64,000 nt of DNA. Source: Chloroflexota bacterium (GTDB taxonomy: Bacteria > Chloroflexota > Anaerolineae > B4-G1). The translations under genes were made by a program, and so were the position numbers. The stretch is from contig JAXHUO010000001.1 in the NCBI GenBank assembly GCA_034189605.1, positions 63,606 to 127,605 on the forward strand, read 5' to 3'. The notes beneath the pieces are model-generated. The model was not told where the DNA came from. It made no database searches and saw only the letters and a program-made list of their open reading frames with translations. This document shows positions 16,097 through 26,145 of this stretch, in pieces. Within the stretch, counting starts at the first letter, position 1. Each line of letters begins with the position of its first letter.

Positions 16097-19000
16097 ATGA
16101 TATACGGTTCGAGAGTGTCTATCATTCGATGGCTTACCTTGACTTTTCTCTTATGTGGTTTGGGGGTCGGGTTTTTTGATCACGCAAGAACGGCAATTGC
16201 GACTGCAAGGCCGGTGGAGACTACATCAGGAGTCCTAGAGATAGTATTTCAGGATGCCGTTGAGCCTCTGCCTACTATGGTTCCTTATTGGTTGCACATT
16301 TTGCACACCCCGATGCTCACGGCGACTACACCTTCTACACTCACGCCCCCGCTTGAACTTCAGTACTTGCCCAGTGGGGGAAGTGTCTCTCCAGAAATGC
16401 ATCGTTCAAAGGCCCTGTTGACATTACCAGACCTGAATGTGAGATTCATTGAGAGCACCCCGGCTTATGAGTATGATGGGAAACAGAAGTGGCCGGATCC
16501 AGGCGATACTGTAGCATTCACCGCTCACATTGCCAATCGGGGAACTGTGGATATAGGGTCATTTGCATATTCTTGGTCAATTGATGGAGTTATCCAGGAA
16601 CAGTCAACACATCCGGGACTTTCTGTGGGCGAAGAAGACTCACTAACGGTTTCTTGGACCTGGGAACTTGGAACGCATACTGTAATGGTCTCGCTTGACC
16701 CCACAGACGCCATCACAGAAGTCTCGGAGAGCAACAACACCATCACGGACCGCACCGACGCCTTAGCCCTGGGTATTTGGGTAGAACAGAGCTTTTATGA
16801 TTTCTTCAACGCCAATGTAATCACTGCTGGATGGGGTGGAAATTCTTATGATGATTGGATTCAGCGTCATGTACAGATATGGAATGACATGCTTGCCACG
16901 GCAGGTATGCTCGACCGCGTGCGTGCTGCCAAGATCGTCGTCGTGCCCGACGGTGGTCTAAACTGTAATACGAACCGGCCAACTGTTGACTCAACCGTTG
17001 ACCTTATGTGGGGTTTTCCCTCTGAACAGGTTGGAGTGCCTTCGCCTGCAAATTGCACATGGTGGACTCCGCGCTATAGGGACGATCCGTCCACTTGGGA
17101 TCGAGATATGGGATTGATCCATGAACTCAACCATGCGCGCTACCATATTGACTTGTATGGATTTAACATGTACATTCATGCCCGTCCCTTGGCTGACAGC
17201 ATCGACGCTGGCGCACAGACACTACGTTTGACCGATCCCCCCGATTTTGTGGAGTTCGCCCCCCCCGTCTACTTTGCCATGGATGGCGAACTGCTGTACT
17301 GCACCGCTAGAGATGGAGACACTTTTAACGACTGCACGCGGGGCATTGAGGGTACAACGGCTCGCGCACACAACAGCGATGCAGCAGTATACGCTGCAAC
17401 CGTGCGCGTGCAAGATGGTCTCGGCAATGTCTTGGTAGGCACCGAGGCTTTACCTGTGAATGGCGCAAACGGTGCAATGGTTTACCTGGAGCCCTACTAC
17501 TACGAGGATATAATGGATAGCGGGTCAGGCTACGGAGAGTACTCCGCATATGTGTGGAATCGCATTGCTGGACAGCGAGCCCGTTGCGGGAACTATAATG
17601 CGCCCTGCAATATCGGTGAGTTCCTGGATGAGATCCCAACTCGCAACATACTTGAGGTACGTTGGCCAGATGGGCAACCGGTGCCCGATGCAGCCGTCGA
17701 GATATACCAAGCACAGTCCTACCCGATTTGGTATGGCAAACAGTATGTCAACACACCTGATGTGTGGTTGGTCACAGATGAGAATGGTCAGGCGGAATTA
17801 GGAGCATTTCCGTTCAGTAACTCGGAACACATCGTGCATGGCTGGAACCATAGCAATGGGGTGTTGCTCCTCAAAGTAGCAGCAGAGGGGCTGGTCAGTG
17901 TGCAATTCCTGGACGTCACAGCATTCAACCTGGCTTACTGGAAAGGCGTTACAAATCCGACGTACCCAATAACCCTGACCCACAGCATGACAGTCGATGT
18001 ATCTCCACCACAGGTGACCTTCGCAGCTACTCCCCGCCAGGGGCATCTGTCTTTGTCTGCTACCTTTGTGCCTAATAGCACAGGCGGAGCGATCACCCAC
18101 TACCTTTGGGACTTTGGAGATGGCACAACCAGTGCACTAGCGTCGCCTATGCATATGTATGAGCAACCAGGTGTTTATACTGTGACGTTGACCGTCAGTG
18201 GTCCCGGTGGGGGTGATCGGGTTACTATGCCCAGCTATATCGAAGTCGACATACCATACTCAGTGTACTTGCCACTTGTGTTGAGGAACCATGCTGGTGG
18301 TACAGTTAGTAGTATTGACTCACTCGTGGTAGCCCAAGGCAGCGCAAACTCTGTCTCAGTAGTTAACGCGGAGACTGGAACCCCCTTGCACACACCGATC
18401 TCAGTAGGGCAATTTCCCATGTGGCTAACTGGGACTCCCGGTGATAATCGTATCTTTGTTGCCAACGAGTATTCGGATTCAGTGTCGATTATGGATCAGC
18501 AGACTTACACTGTGCTTGACACGATATCTGTCGGCGACGGTCCGCGTTGTATAGCCGTTGCATCGGACCTGCAGCGTGGATATACAGTTAACAATGGCTC
18601 CTGCGACGTGTCAGTTATTGATCTGCAAACCAATGGTGTGATCGCAACATTGGCAGTAGGTGCCCATCCAGAAGCCATTGCTATCTCCTCGAATACCGGG
18701 CTCGCGTATGTGGTAGCCAACACGCCTGGCAAGATTGTTCTGATAGACACCTCCACCAACCAAGTTGCAGATTGGTTTCACATTGGCAGACAGCCACAGG
18801 CCGTCGTCGCCATTGCCACCAGTCCTAGTGGTCAGTATCTCTACGTCGTTGATTCTCTCGGTCGGGCACTCTACACCGTAGATGCAAGTAGCTACCAGAT
18901 CGTTGACTTTCTGGCTATCCCTGGACTACCACACCGCATCTTAGTCACATCCGATGGGAGCAAGGCATATATTGCCAACTATGCACGCAACCAATTGTCT

Positions 19001-19207
19001 GTTGTCGATCTCTCAGAACATAGGGTCATAGAGGATATTGATGTCCAAGCATCACAATGGGCTATGGATGTATCTGAAGATGGAAGCCAACTATTCGTGC
19101 CACTATATGACTCGGATGAAATCGTCGCAATCGATACAGCCACTGACACTGTTGTGCGCAGGTTTGTTCTAAGTGGACATCCCACCGCAGTCTATCTAAT
19201 CGAGTAG
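16097..19207 (+). CDS. large secreted multidomain protein: CARDB, HExxH metalloprotease-like region, PKD, YVTN-type beta-propeller
   Basis: N-terminal signal-anchor. CARDB-like FTAHIANRGTVDIGSF...VSESNN. HELNH at MGLIHELNHARYH. PKD signature WDFGDGTTS...YEQPGVYTVTLTV. C-terminal repeats (VSVVNAETGT, VSIMDQQTYTV, VSVIDLQTNGV, IVLIDTSTNQV, LSVVDLSEHRV) typical of YVTN propellers. Confidence 0.75.
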   Translation: MIYGSRVSIIRWLTLTFLLCGLGVGFFDHARTAIATARPVETTSGVLEIVFQDAVEPLPTMVPYWLHILHTPMLTATTPSTLTPPLELQYLPSGGSVSPEMHRSKALLTLPDLNVRFIESTPAYEYDGKQKWPDPGDTVAFTAHIANRGTVDIGSFAYSWSIDGVIQEQSTHPGLSVGEEDSLTVSWTWELGTHTVMVSLDPTDAITEVSESNNTITDRTDALALGIWVEQSFYDFFNANVITAGWGGNSYDDWIQRHVQIWNDMLATAGMLDRVRAAKIVVVPDGGLNCNTNRPTVDSTVDLMWGFPSEQVGVPSPANCTWWTPRYRDDPSTWDRDMGLIHELNHARYHIDLYGFNMYIHARPLADSIDAGAQTLRLTDPPDFVEFAPPVYFAMDGELLYCTARDGDTFNDCTRGIEGTTARAHNSDAAVYAATVRVQDGLGNVLVGTEALPVNGANGAMVYLEPYYYEDIMDSGSGYGEYSAYVWNRIAGQRARCGNYNAPCNIGEFLDEIPTRNILEVRWPDGQPVPDAAVEIYQAQSYPIWYGKQYVNTPDVWLVTDENGQAELGAFPFSNSEHIVHGWNHSNGVLLLKVAAEGLVSVQFLDVTAFNLAYWKGVTNPTYPITLTHSMTVDVSPPQVTFAATPRQGHLSLSATFVPNSTGGAITHYLWDFGDGTTSALASPMHMYEQPGVYTVTLTVSGPGGGDRVTMPSYIEVDIPYSVYLPLVLRNHAGGTVSSIDSLVVAQGSANSVSVVNAETGTPLHTPISVGQFPMWLTGTPGDNRIFVANEYSDSVSIMDQQTYTVLDTISVGDGPRCIAVASDLQRGYTVNNGSCDVSVIDLQTNGVIATLAVGAHPEAIAISSNTGLAYVVANTPGKIVLIDTSTNQVADWFHIGRQPQAVVAIATSPSGQYLYVVDSLGRALYTVDASSYQIVDFLAIPGLPHRILVTSDGSKAYIANYARNQLSVVDLSEHRVIEDIDVQASQWAMDVSEDGSQLFVPLYDSDEIVAIDTATDTVVRRFVLSGHPTAVYLIE

Positions 19208-19466
19208 GCACATTCGCAAGAGGATGGGGGAACTGAAGGTAGATTGTCCAAATGCGCCTGTTGTTACCTTGACAATGTTAAGTTAACATAACGTCGCCGC
19301 GAGGCCGACGGGAGCCTTGAGTTTGGCCCGCGAATCTGTGCCTAATGTCACTCTGTTTCGCGGCTTGGGCAAGCCCGGAAGTGGCTTCTTGCGGAACGCC
19401 TGTTCGATTCAACATTGTCAGGCTACTCTTGGGGCATTGATTTGACCAGATTGATTGTGAATTGGT

Positions 19467-20345
19467 ATGCCTATGCAAGTTGTGGATGATCTATTCTGGC
19501 GACACCTATGTGACTTACCCGCCTTCCGCGCCCTGCTGCGGGCGGTGGAGGCCCGCTTCTACGCCGACCTGCCGCTCCCGCGCCCCGTGCTCGACCTGGG
19601 CTGTGGCGATGGCCACTTTGCCTCGGTTGCCTTCGATGAGCCGTTGGATGTGGGTTTTGACCCCTGGTGGGGGCCGCTGACCGAAGCGCGCGAGCGGGGG
19701 GCCTACCGGTTGTTGGCACAGGCCGATGGGGCGCGGATGCCCTACCCCGATGAAACCTTTGCCGCCGTCGTGAGCAACTCGGTGCTGGAACATATCCCCG
19801 AGGTGCAGCCGGTGCTGGCGGAGGTGGCGCGGGTGCTGCGGCCGGATGGTGTTTTTTACTTTTGTGTGCCCGGCCCCAATTTTCTGCCCTTTCTCTCCAT
19901 CGGGCGGGCGCTGGATTGGTTGTGGCAGCGTGGCATGCAACTTGTGACTTTACGCACTTGCCAACCTGCAAACTTGCAAACTTGCCCACCTGCCCACTTG
20001 CCCACCTGCCCACTTGCCGACTTGTACCGCCGCTTCTTCAACCGCATCTGCCGGCACCACCATTGTGACGGGGCCGATGTGTGGGCGCGACGATTGGAGG
20101 CTACGGGGTTGCGATTGGTCCGCTGGTGGCCCTACTTCTCTCGCCGGGCACTGACGGTCCTGGAGTGGGGTCACTACCTGGGGCTGCCCTCGCTGGTATG
20201 CAAGAAACTGACCGGGCGCTGGGTACTGTACCCTTCCGGGCCCGGACTGCGGCTCGTGGAGCGATTGGTGCGGCCGTTTTATGAGGAGCCGCTGCCACAA
20301 CAAGGCGCGTACCTGTTTTTCGTGGCGCGCAAGCCGGGGGCGTGA
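19467..20345 (+). CDS. class I SAM-dependent methyltransferase (Methyltransf_11-like) carrying an in-frame tandem-repeat insertion
   Basis: VLDLGCGDGHF motif I and VVSNSVLEHIPE...LRPDGVFYF. The internal segment QLVTLRTCQPANLQTCPPAHLPTCPLADL is encoded by the ACTTGC(A/C) repeat at 19939-20026. Confidence 0.75.
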   Translation: MPMQVVDDLFWRHLCDLPAFRALLRAVEARFYADLPLPRPVLDLGCGDGHFASVAFDEPLDVGFDPWWGPLTEARERGAYRLLAQADGARMPYPDETFAAVVSNSVLEHIPEVQPVLAEVARVLRPDGVFYFCVPGPNFLPFLSIGRALDWLWQRGMQLVTLRTCQPANLQTCPPAHLPTCPLADLYRRFFNRICRHHHCDGADVWARRLEATGLRLVRWWPYFSRRALTVLEWGHYLGLPSLVCKKLTGRWVLYPSGPGLRLVERLVRPFYEEPLPQQGAYLFFVARKPGA

Positions 20346-20358
20346 GGGAGGATGGGAG

Positions 20359-22926
20359 ATGGATAGGCGCTTCTCCTCGTTGATGCTCTTAGCCACAGCG
20401 CTGGCGTTGGCCGGGCTGGGACACTACTATTTGCTCTACCAGCGCATTTATATCTGGGATGCCGTTCTGTTCTACGTCGTGGCGGCGCTGCTGCTAGCCC
20501 TGGCCTGGAGGGCAGCGGGTGTGGGGCCCGACCGGAGTTGGGCGGTCGTGCGGTCCGCTCTGCAACGGCTAGGCCTGGCGCTGCGTGACTTGTTTTTGAT
20601 GGAGACGACCCGGTCACTGGTCACGGCCCTGGCCGTGGCGAATGGGTTGGCTGCACTGGCTGCTTTCCTGATCCCTCCGCCAGTAGGCTTGCTGGTGGCA
20701 TTGCCGCTGTGGGGGGTAGGGGTGGCGGCGTTGGTATCTCTCATCCGTCGTTTGCGCCCGGCGAGGCCCCGGCCAGTTCCAGAGGTGAGGGACGTGCCCC
20801 CCCCGGTGATAGCCGGCCTTGAGGTGGTCCAACCCAGGCGATACGCGCTCCCCCTGGCAGCCACCGGCTGGCTGCTGCTGTTGGTGGGAGCGGTGGTGCT
20901 GACATTCCCAGACACGCTTGGGCCGCTGCGGGTCGTCGGTGACTGGCTGCAGCCCGGTCTGGCCGAACTGCACGTTGGTGTGCCGTTGCCGCCGGACGTG
21001 TGGCCGGTAGGACTCCTGCTATCGTGTGTGGGGGTGATTCTGATTGCCTGGACGCGGGGTGGGGTGGACAGGCTGACCGGCGCACCGTCTCTTGGTGAGG
21101 CCGTGCCGGTACTGCGGGCTGTCTCCCGTCCCTCGTGGCCCTGGCTCGCGCTGGCGCTCGTTGGTGACCTGGTCTGGCTGGGTGTGGTCTACTCTGCGGT
21201 GGAGAGTTCCACCAGTTGGGCCGTCGTGCCACTGTGGCTGGCCACGCTGGCCGCCCAGGCCGCCTGCTGGTGGCGTGTGGATCGCGCCCGGGGTGTTTCG
21301 GCTCTGCCCGCCCGGGTGGAGCGCCGCACGTGGCTCCTCCTATTGGCGCTGCTGGTCGCGTTCGGTCTGACGCTCTATCGCCTGGGCGATGTGCCGAATA
21401 GTATGTGGGGAGACGAAGGAGCGTTCTGGTGGTGGGTGCGCGACCTGGCGAAAGGGGTGCCTGCTAACCCCTTTGATCTGGGTGTGTACGGTGCTTTCCC
21501 GGTGATCGGCTCGCTCTACCAGAGTATATGGGTGAGGTTGTTCGGACCTACTATATGGGCCTGGCGACTTGGGTCGGTGGTGGCCGGGACGCTTACGCTG
21601 GTGCCGCTGTTCTTTTTGGCACGCAAGTTGCTGGGGGATCGGGTGGCCTGGTCGGCGGTTGCACTGATGATCGGCATGCCCTATTTCCTGGCCTATGCGC
21701 GTATAGGATTCAACAGTATTCAGCCCCTCCTGCCGATCACGTTGGGTCTGTGGTTGTTGATCGAAGCGCTGCAGCGACATAGTCGCCTGTTGGCTTACCT
21801 GTCCGGTCTGGCTTGTGGGATGGCTTCCCTGACTTATATGTCCGGGCACGTTGGCCTGCTGTTGGTGATGCTGGTCTGGTTGTTTCTCTTTGTCAGCCGC
21901 AGGTCGCTGCGTCGCCCGTTGCTTAGCCTGGCTCTCTGTCTGGTATTGGGTTGGTTCTTCACCGCCGGGCCGTTCCTGCTCGGCTCTGTACTAGGCGGCC
22001 GGCCATTGGGTTGGAAGGTTCCGGAGAGTTTTATCGGGAACACCATGTACGGGGAGGCGGTTTTCTCGCCAGATGAACTCACGCGGCTGTACCCGCTGTG
22101 GCAGTTTGGAGAGCAACGAGTCTTTTTCGAGCCCCGGTTGTACGCGCTGCTGTTCGGACGGGGGATGGTGCGCACCTGGTTGAGCATAGTGACGGGCGGA
22201 ATTGCCACACAGCACTATCTCACGGGGCCCCTAGCGGGGCCGGCCCCGATCTTTTTCCTGGCCGGGCTGGCCTGGGTATTGGGCCAATGCCGCCGGTTGC
22301 CGGCCGTATTGTGGGCGTTATGGGTACTGGTGTGTACGCTCCTGCTCAGTGTGCTCAACACCTTTCCGCCGCGCCCTGCCCACATGGCGACGGTCATCCC
22401 CGCGCTGGCCGTGCTATCGGCGACTGGTATCTGGCTGCTGAGCGATTTGCTGCGCCGGTTTGTGCGCCCGCGTTGGGCCGACTGGATCGGGATTGTGCTG
22501 ACCGTGGTGCTGGTGTTATGTGGCCTGCGCGCTTACTTTGTGGTGATGCCGCAGGAGCACGTGCCGAACCTGGAGAACGTAATGTTCTGGGCGGCGCAGG
22601 AGATGGAGCGCGGCTCCAACCTGCTGTTCATCGTGGACGAGCCCTACTCGCCAGAGTTTCGGGTGTGGGGGATTGACCAGTTCGACCTGGGGGTAGAGTA
22701 CCATAGCGTGCCATCTGACGAGGTGCACCGCGCCGATTTCCGCGCCCTGTGCGGCCTGTCGTGCCGCGTGTTCTTCCTGCCGGAGCGCTCCGATGAGATA
22801 TTGGCACAGTTGCAAGCGCAGTTGGGCGCAGGGTCGGTGCAGACGCACGTCAATCGAGAGGGACAGCCGATTGGGTTAGAGTTCGTGCCATTGGTTCAGG
22901 AAGCAGACGTACCGGCGCCGGAGTAG
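20359..22926 (+). CDS. GT39/ArnT-like polytopic membrane glycosyltransferase, large form
   Basis: More than 15 predicted TM helices. YRLGDVPNSMWGDEGAFWWW resembles the first extracytoplasmic loop of GT-C enzymes. Start placed at ATG 20359 (GGGAGG upstream) just after the preceding stop. Confidence 0.65.
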   Translation: MDRRFSSLMLLATALALAGLGHYYLLYQRIYIWDAVLFYVVAALLLALAWRAAGVGPDRSWAVVRSALQRLGLALRDLFLMETTRSLVTALAVANGLAALAAFLIPPPVGLLVALPLWGVGVAALVSLIRRLRPARPRPVPEVRDVPPPVIAGLEVVQPRRYALPLAATGWLLLLVGAVVLTFPDTLGPLRVVGDWLQPGLAELHVGVPLPPDVWPVGLLLSCVGVILIAWTRGGVDRLTGAPSLGEAVPVLRAVSRPSWPWLALALVGDLVWLGVVYSAVESSTSWAVVPLWLATLAAQAACWWRVDRARGVSALPARVERRTWLLLLALLVAFGLTLYRLGDVPNSMWGDEGAFWWWVRDLAKGVPANPFDLGVYGAFPVIGSLYQSIWVRLFGPTIWAWRLGSVVAGTLTLVPLFFLARKLLGDRVAWSAVALMIGMPYFLAYARIGFNSIQPLLPITLGLWLLIEALQRHSRLLAYLSGLACGMASLTYMSGHVGLLLVMLVWLFLFVSRRSLRRPLLSLALCLVLGWFFTAGPFLLGSVLGGRPLGWKVPESFIGNTMYGEAVFSPDELTRLYPLWQFGEQRVFFEPRLYALLFGRGMVRTWLSIVTGGIATQHYLTGPLAGPAPIFFLAGLAWVLGQCRRLPAVLWALWVLVCTLLLSVLNTFPPRPAHMATVIPALAVLSATGIWLLSDLLRRFVRPRWADWIGIVLTVVLVLCGLRAYFVVMPQEHVPNLENVMFWAAQEMERGSNLLFIVDEPYSPEFRVWGIDQFDLGVEYHSVPSDEVHRADFRALCGLSCRVFFLPERSDEILAQLQAQLGAGSVQTHVNREGQPIGLEFVPLVQEADVPAPE

Positions 22927-23226
22927 ATGGGAGGGGTATTGACAGCTGGAGGGCTTTGAGCCACTGGCGCGCTAAAAGCACTGAGAACACCACGCTCCCC
23001 GCCCCTGTCTCGGGGGCATCCCATGCAGCAGGTGATCGTTCTGTGCGCTAGACCCATTTGCGCCGTGCCAGCAAATGTGATAAGATACGTCATCGTAGGG
23101 TTCTCATCAGAGAGGGGCGGTGAGTTTGTACAAGTAATGGCGCACTTTGTCTATCATGGGACAGGTGCGCTTTTGTGTCTGGAACGTGTCTGAGAATCCA
23201 AAAGACATCTCTCCTGGCAACGTCCG

Positions 23227-23275
23227 CCGGGGCATAAAGTGCCCCGGCTACGGAGCAGCGCCCGGTGAACCGGGC
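23227..23275 (+). repeat. REP-like double-hairpin unit
   Basis: CCGGGGCAtaaaGTGCCCCGG - CTACGGAGCAGC - GCCCGGtgaaCCGGGC. This is the same architecture as units at 27406, 27530, 27654 (+) and 28325, 38441 (inverted). Confidence 0.8.
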
Positions 23276-23391
23276 TTTTAGAGTGATTCATCGCCTGCTG
23301 CTCCGTGGCCCAGCGGCTTTATCGCTGGGCGGTCGCGGCGCTCGTCGTGCCTTTCACGTTTTTCAGACATACTCTTGGAAGGGAGTTGTCT

Positions 23392-26145
23392 ATGGACCAA
23401 CGCGAGTATCGCACCCTGATCCTGGCGGGTTTGCTGCACGATATTGGCAAACTGTTCAACAAACCCAAACCGGAGAAAGCCAAGTCACACGCCGTGTATG
23501 GGTACGAGTTTCTACAGCAAAACGATATCGCTTCCCTGCTGCGGCAAGAACGATTTGCTGCTGACGTAGACTTTGATGCACTGTGCGACATGGTGCTGCA
23601 CCACGACCCCCGTGCCTCTGACCAGCCGCCGCGTGTGTCCGCTGATCTCCTGCGCATCATTCGCCTCGCCGACGGCTACTCCGCTGGTGAACGCTCCCTG
23701 ACCCATCTCTATGGCCAGCCGTCTACCGGCGACCTGCCCCTCGATAGCATTTTCACCCGCCGCGACCTGGGCCGTCCCCTCTCCGATTCCAGACCCTTTT
23801 ACAAACCCGCCGTCCTATCTCCCCATGCCGCCTTCCCCGACCCGGACGTCGCGTCCTTGACCGAGGATGACTACTGGGCCGTCAAGGAGGGCTTTGCCGC
23901 CGCTTACCGTTACGCCCTGAGCAAAGCCCGCGATTGGGCCGAGATTGAAGCCTGGACCTACAGTCTCTTTGAGCGTTACACCTGGGCCGTGCCCAGCGCC
24001 CTTCACAAGACCCCCCGTGACGTCTCGCTCTTTGATCACGCCCGCACCAGTTGTGCCCTTGCTGCCGCCGTCTACCTCTATCGCCACGCCAGCAAGGAGG
24101 ACAGGAACCGCAAAACATTCCTCCTCATCAAGGGCGACGTATCAGGAGTGCAAGACTATATCTACAGCGTGGCCAACGTTGGGCCTGGCGGCGTCGCCAA
24201 GCGATTGCGAGCCCGCTCCTTCTTTATCACCGCCCTTACCGAAATCGTCGCCCATTGCCTGCGGGATGAGTTGATGGACGATTGTGCGCTGCCCATCGCC
24301 GCTACCATCTTTGCCGGTGGCGGGCAGTTCGTTCTCCTGGCCCCCAACCTGAAATCAGCAGTGAACAATCTCGCGCGCATCGAAAGAAAAGTCAACCGTT
24401 GGTTGTGGACCGAATTCCAGGGCGACCTGGCTGTTATCTTTGGCGTCGAAGAGGTGGCGACCACCGAACTGGCCATCAAACCCCGCAAGAAAGGCCGGAA
24501 CATCTGCGATGTACTGAGAGACCTGGACGATAAAATCCGAGATGCCAAGAATCGGCGACTGGACTGTCTGCTCCAGATGGATGGCCGATGGCAGCCGGAC
24601 GCCTTTCTGTGGGCGCCTAAAGATAAAAACTACCAGCATGGAGCCTGCCCAAGCTGTGATCGGCTCCCGGCCCGAGCGGACAGTGAAGATGGCGAGGAGA
24701 ATATTGACCGCTGCTTGTGCCAGCGCTGCTTCGACGACCGTCGTCTCTCCGAGCGCATCGTAGACGCCCACTATATCGCCTACTGGCGTGGCGACCTGCC
24801 GTACGAGGCCGACCCCGACTGGCTGAATCGCCGCCGGCTGACATTCTTTGACGGGGACGGGCGCCGCCACGTCGTCCTGCTCGCGAATCTGGATGAACTG
24901 TCGAGGTTCAAGACCTCACCCTACCAACTCGACGGCTTCGGCTACGACGTCGCTGCTCAGAACGAGTCCCACGATACGCACATCCCCCTCATCCGTCACT
25001 TTGCTAACCACGTACCCCACTTTGACTCTCCCCAGGCCCTGGCTGCCTTTTGCACCGCCGGGCGCAGCTGCCTGCAAGGCCGCTATGATGATGACGACAC
25101 CTGCGGCATCCAGGTGCGGCCCGATGGTTCCCACGTGGGGGCGGGCGACTTTCCCATTCTACAGACCTTTGGCTGCATCTCCGCCGCCTCCGCCGAGTGG
25201 CCCGACGGCACCCTCGGCGCCCAGTTCCTGGGCGTCCTCCGCGCCGATGTGGATCACCTCGGACGTCTCTTTACCGCTAGTTTCGAAGAGGAGATCAAGC
25301 ACTCCCAGAAAGCGCCTCCGGAGCAGCGACCGGTCCGCAGCCTTTCCCGCCTGGCCACCCTCAGCCGTATGACCGACCTCTTCTTCAGCGGCTGGGTCAA
25401 CCAGACTTTGGAACACCCTCCAGAGGGCAAGCCCTACGACCGCATCTACACCGTCTACGCCGGCGGCGATGACCTGTGCCTGGTCGGGCCGTGGGACGTG
25501 CTCATTGACTTTGCCCGCTACATGGCGGCCGAGTTCCAGCGCTACGTCGCTGGTAACCCCAACGTCACCCTCTCGGCGGCTGTCACCGTCACCAAACCAA
25601 AGTTCCCCATCGCCACCTCCGCCCACAGGACCGGCGAGCTGTTGAGGGCCGCCAAGAACGCCGGGCGCAACCGGTTCAATCTCTTTGGCGTCATCACCCG
25701 CTGGCGCAAAGAACCCGACGATTGGGTTGATCTGGACAATGCCTTGCGGAAACAACTGAAGGAGCAGAGCAAGCATGCCAATTTGCTCCTCAGTGAACTC
25801 TGGCCGTGGGCCGAACTGCTGGACGAGGAACTGTGCCGTTGGCGGGAGGCCAGGCCGGCCCGCTACCCGGTCTCGACCGGCTTCGCCCACCGGTTGCTGG
25901 GCTATGCCGAGATGGCGCGCCGCTGGGAACAAAAAGAGCGGATCGGCGCTGAGGATTTGCTGTATCTGGCACGGCTGGCCTACGACCTGGGTCGCAACGT
26001 GATCGAGAGCGACGCTGTGCCTGATGATACGAAGCGAAGACTGAACAGGCTGACGCAACTTGCCAACCGGGAGGTGATGGCAGGCATGCGGCTGCCCATC
26101 ACCTATGCATTATACCGCAATCGAGAAAGGAGTCGGGAGCGATGA
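23392..26145 (+). CDS. cas10: Cas10/Csm1, type III large subunit with HD and GGDD motifs
   Basis: N-terminal HD (LLHDIGKL), zinc-finger CPSCD...CLCQRC, and cyclase palm YAGGDDLCLVGPW. ATG at 23392 is preceded by GGAAGGGAG. The stop overlaps the csm2 start (ATGA). Confidence 0.9.
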   Translation: MDQREYRTLILAGLLHDIGKLFNKPKPEKAKSHAVYGYEFLQQNDIASLLRQERFAADVDFDALCDMVLHHDPRASDQPPRVSADLLRIIRLADGYSAGERSLTHLYGQPSTGDLPLDSIFTRRDLGRPLSDSRPFYKPAVLSPHAAFPDPDVASLTEDDYWAVKEGFAAAYRYALSKARDWAEIEAWTYSLFERYTWAVPSALHKTPRDVSLFDHARTSCALAAAVYLYRHASKEDRNRKTFLLIKGDVSGVQDYIYSVANVGPGGVAKRLRARSFFITALTEIVAHCLRDELMDDCALPIAATIFAGGGQFVLLAPNLKSAVNNLARIERKVNRWLWTEFQGDLAVIFGVEEVATTELAIKPRKKGRNICDVLRDLDDKIRDAKNRRLDCLLQMDGRWQPDAFLWAPKDKNYQHGACPSCDRLPARADSEDGEENIDRCLCQRCFDDRRLSERIVDAHYIAYWRGDLPYEADPDWLNRRRLTFFDGDGRRHVVLLANLDELSRFKTSPYQLDGFGYDVAAQNESHDTHIPLIRHFANHVPHFDSPQALAAFCTAGRSCLQGRYDDDDTCGIQVRPDGSHVGAGDFPILQTFGCISAASAEWPDGTLGAQFLGVLRADVDHLGRLFTASFEEEIKHSQKAPPEQRPVRSLSRLATLSRMTDLFFSGWVNQTLEHPPEGKPYDRIYTVYAGGDDLCLVGPWDVLIDFARYMAAEFQRYVAGNPNVTLSAAVTVTKPKFPIATSAHRTGELLRAAKNAGRNRFNLFGVITRWRKEPDDWVDLDNALRKQLKEQSKHANLLLSELWPWAELLDEELCRWREARPARYPVSTGFAHRLLGYAEMARRWEQKERIGAEDLLYLARLAYDLGRNVIESDAVPDDTKRRLNRLTQLANREVMAGMRLPITYALYRNRERSRER

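Noticed and set aside
19398-19410. GCCTGTTCGATTC, which resembles a tRNA T-loop, at the right edge of the A/T-rich island (a possible tRNA-derived att remnant).
   Set aside because: The flanking bases do not form a T-stem or acceptor stem. No cloverleaf can be drawn, and no matching direct repeat is seen at the left island border.
22896-23093. 65-aa minus-strand ORF and possible promoter motifs (TTGCGC-17-TAAGAT at about 23058-23086) upstream of cas10.
   Set aside because: The ORF has no RBS or family resemblance. The promoter-like pair is weak and about 300 nt from cas10. Neither is supportable without transcript data.
25159-26058. Long antisense or alternative-frame ORFs in the track. Examples: 25159-26058 (-), 29893-31083 (-), 31129-32115 (+), 31562-32563 (-), 36406-37434 (-), 42460-43419 (-), 44584-45708 (-), 46523-48145 (-), 48164-48769 (-), 62532-63449 (-), 5549-6268 (+), 20741-21232 (-).
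   Set aside because: All lie opposite to, or out of frame with, genes that have strong family signatures. Their translations are Arg/Pro/Gly/Ala-rich low-complexity strings typical of stop-poor shadow frames in G+C-rich DNA.
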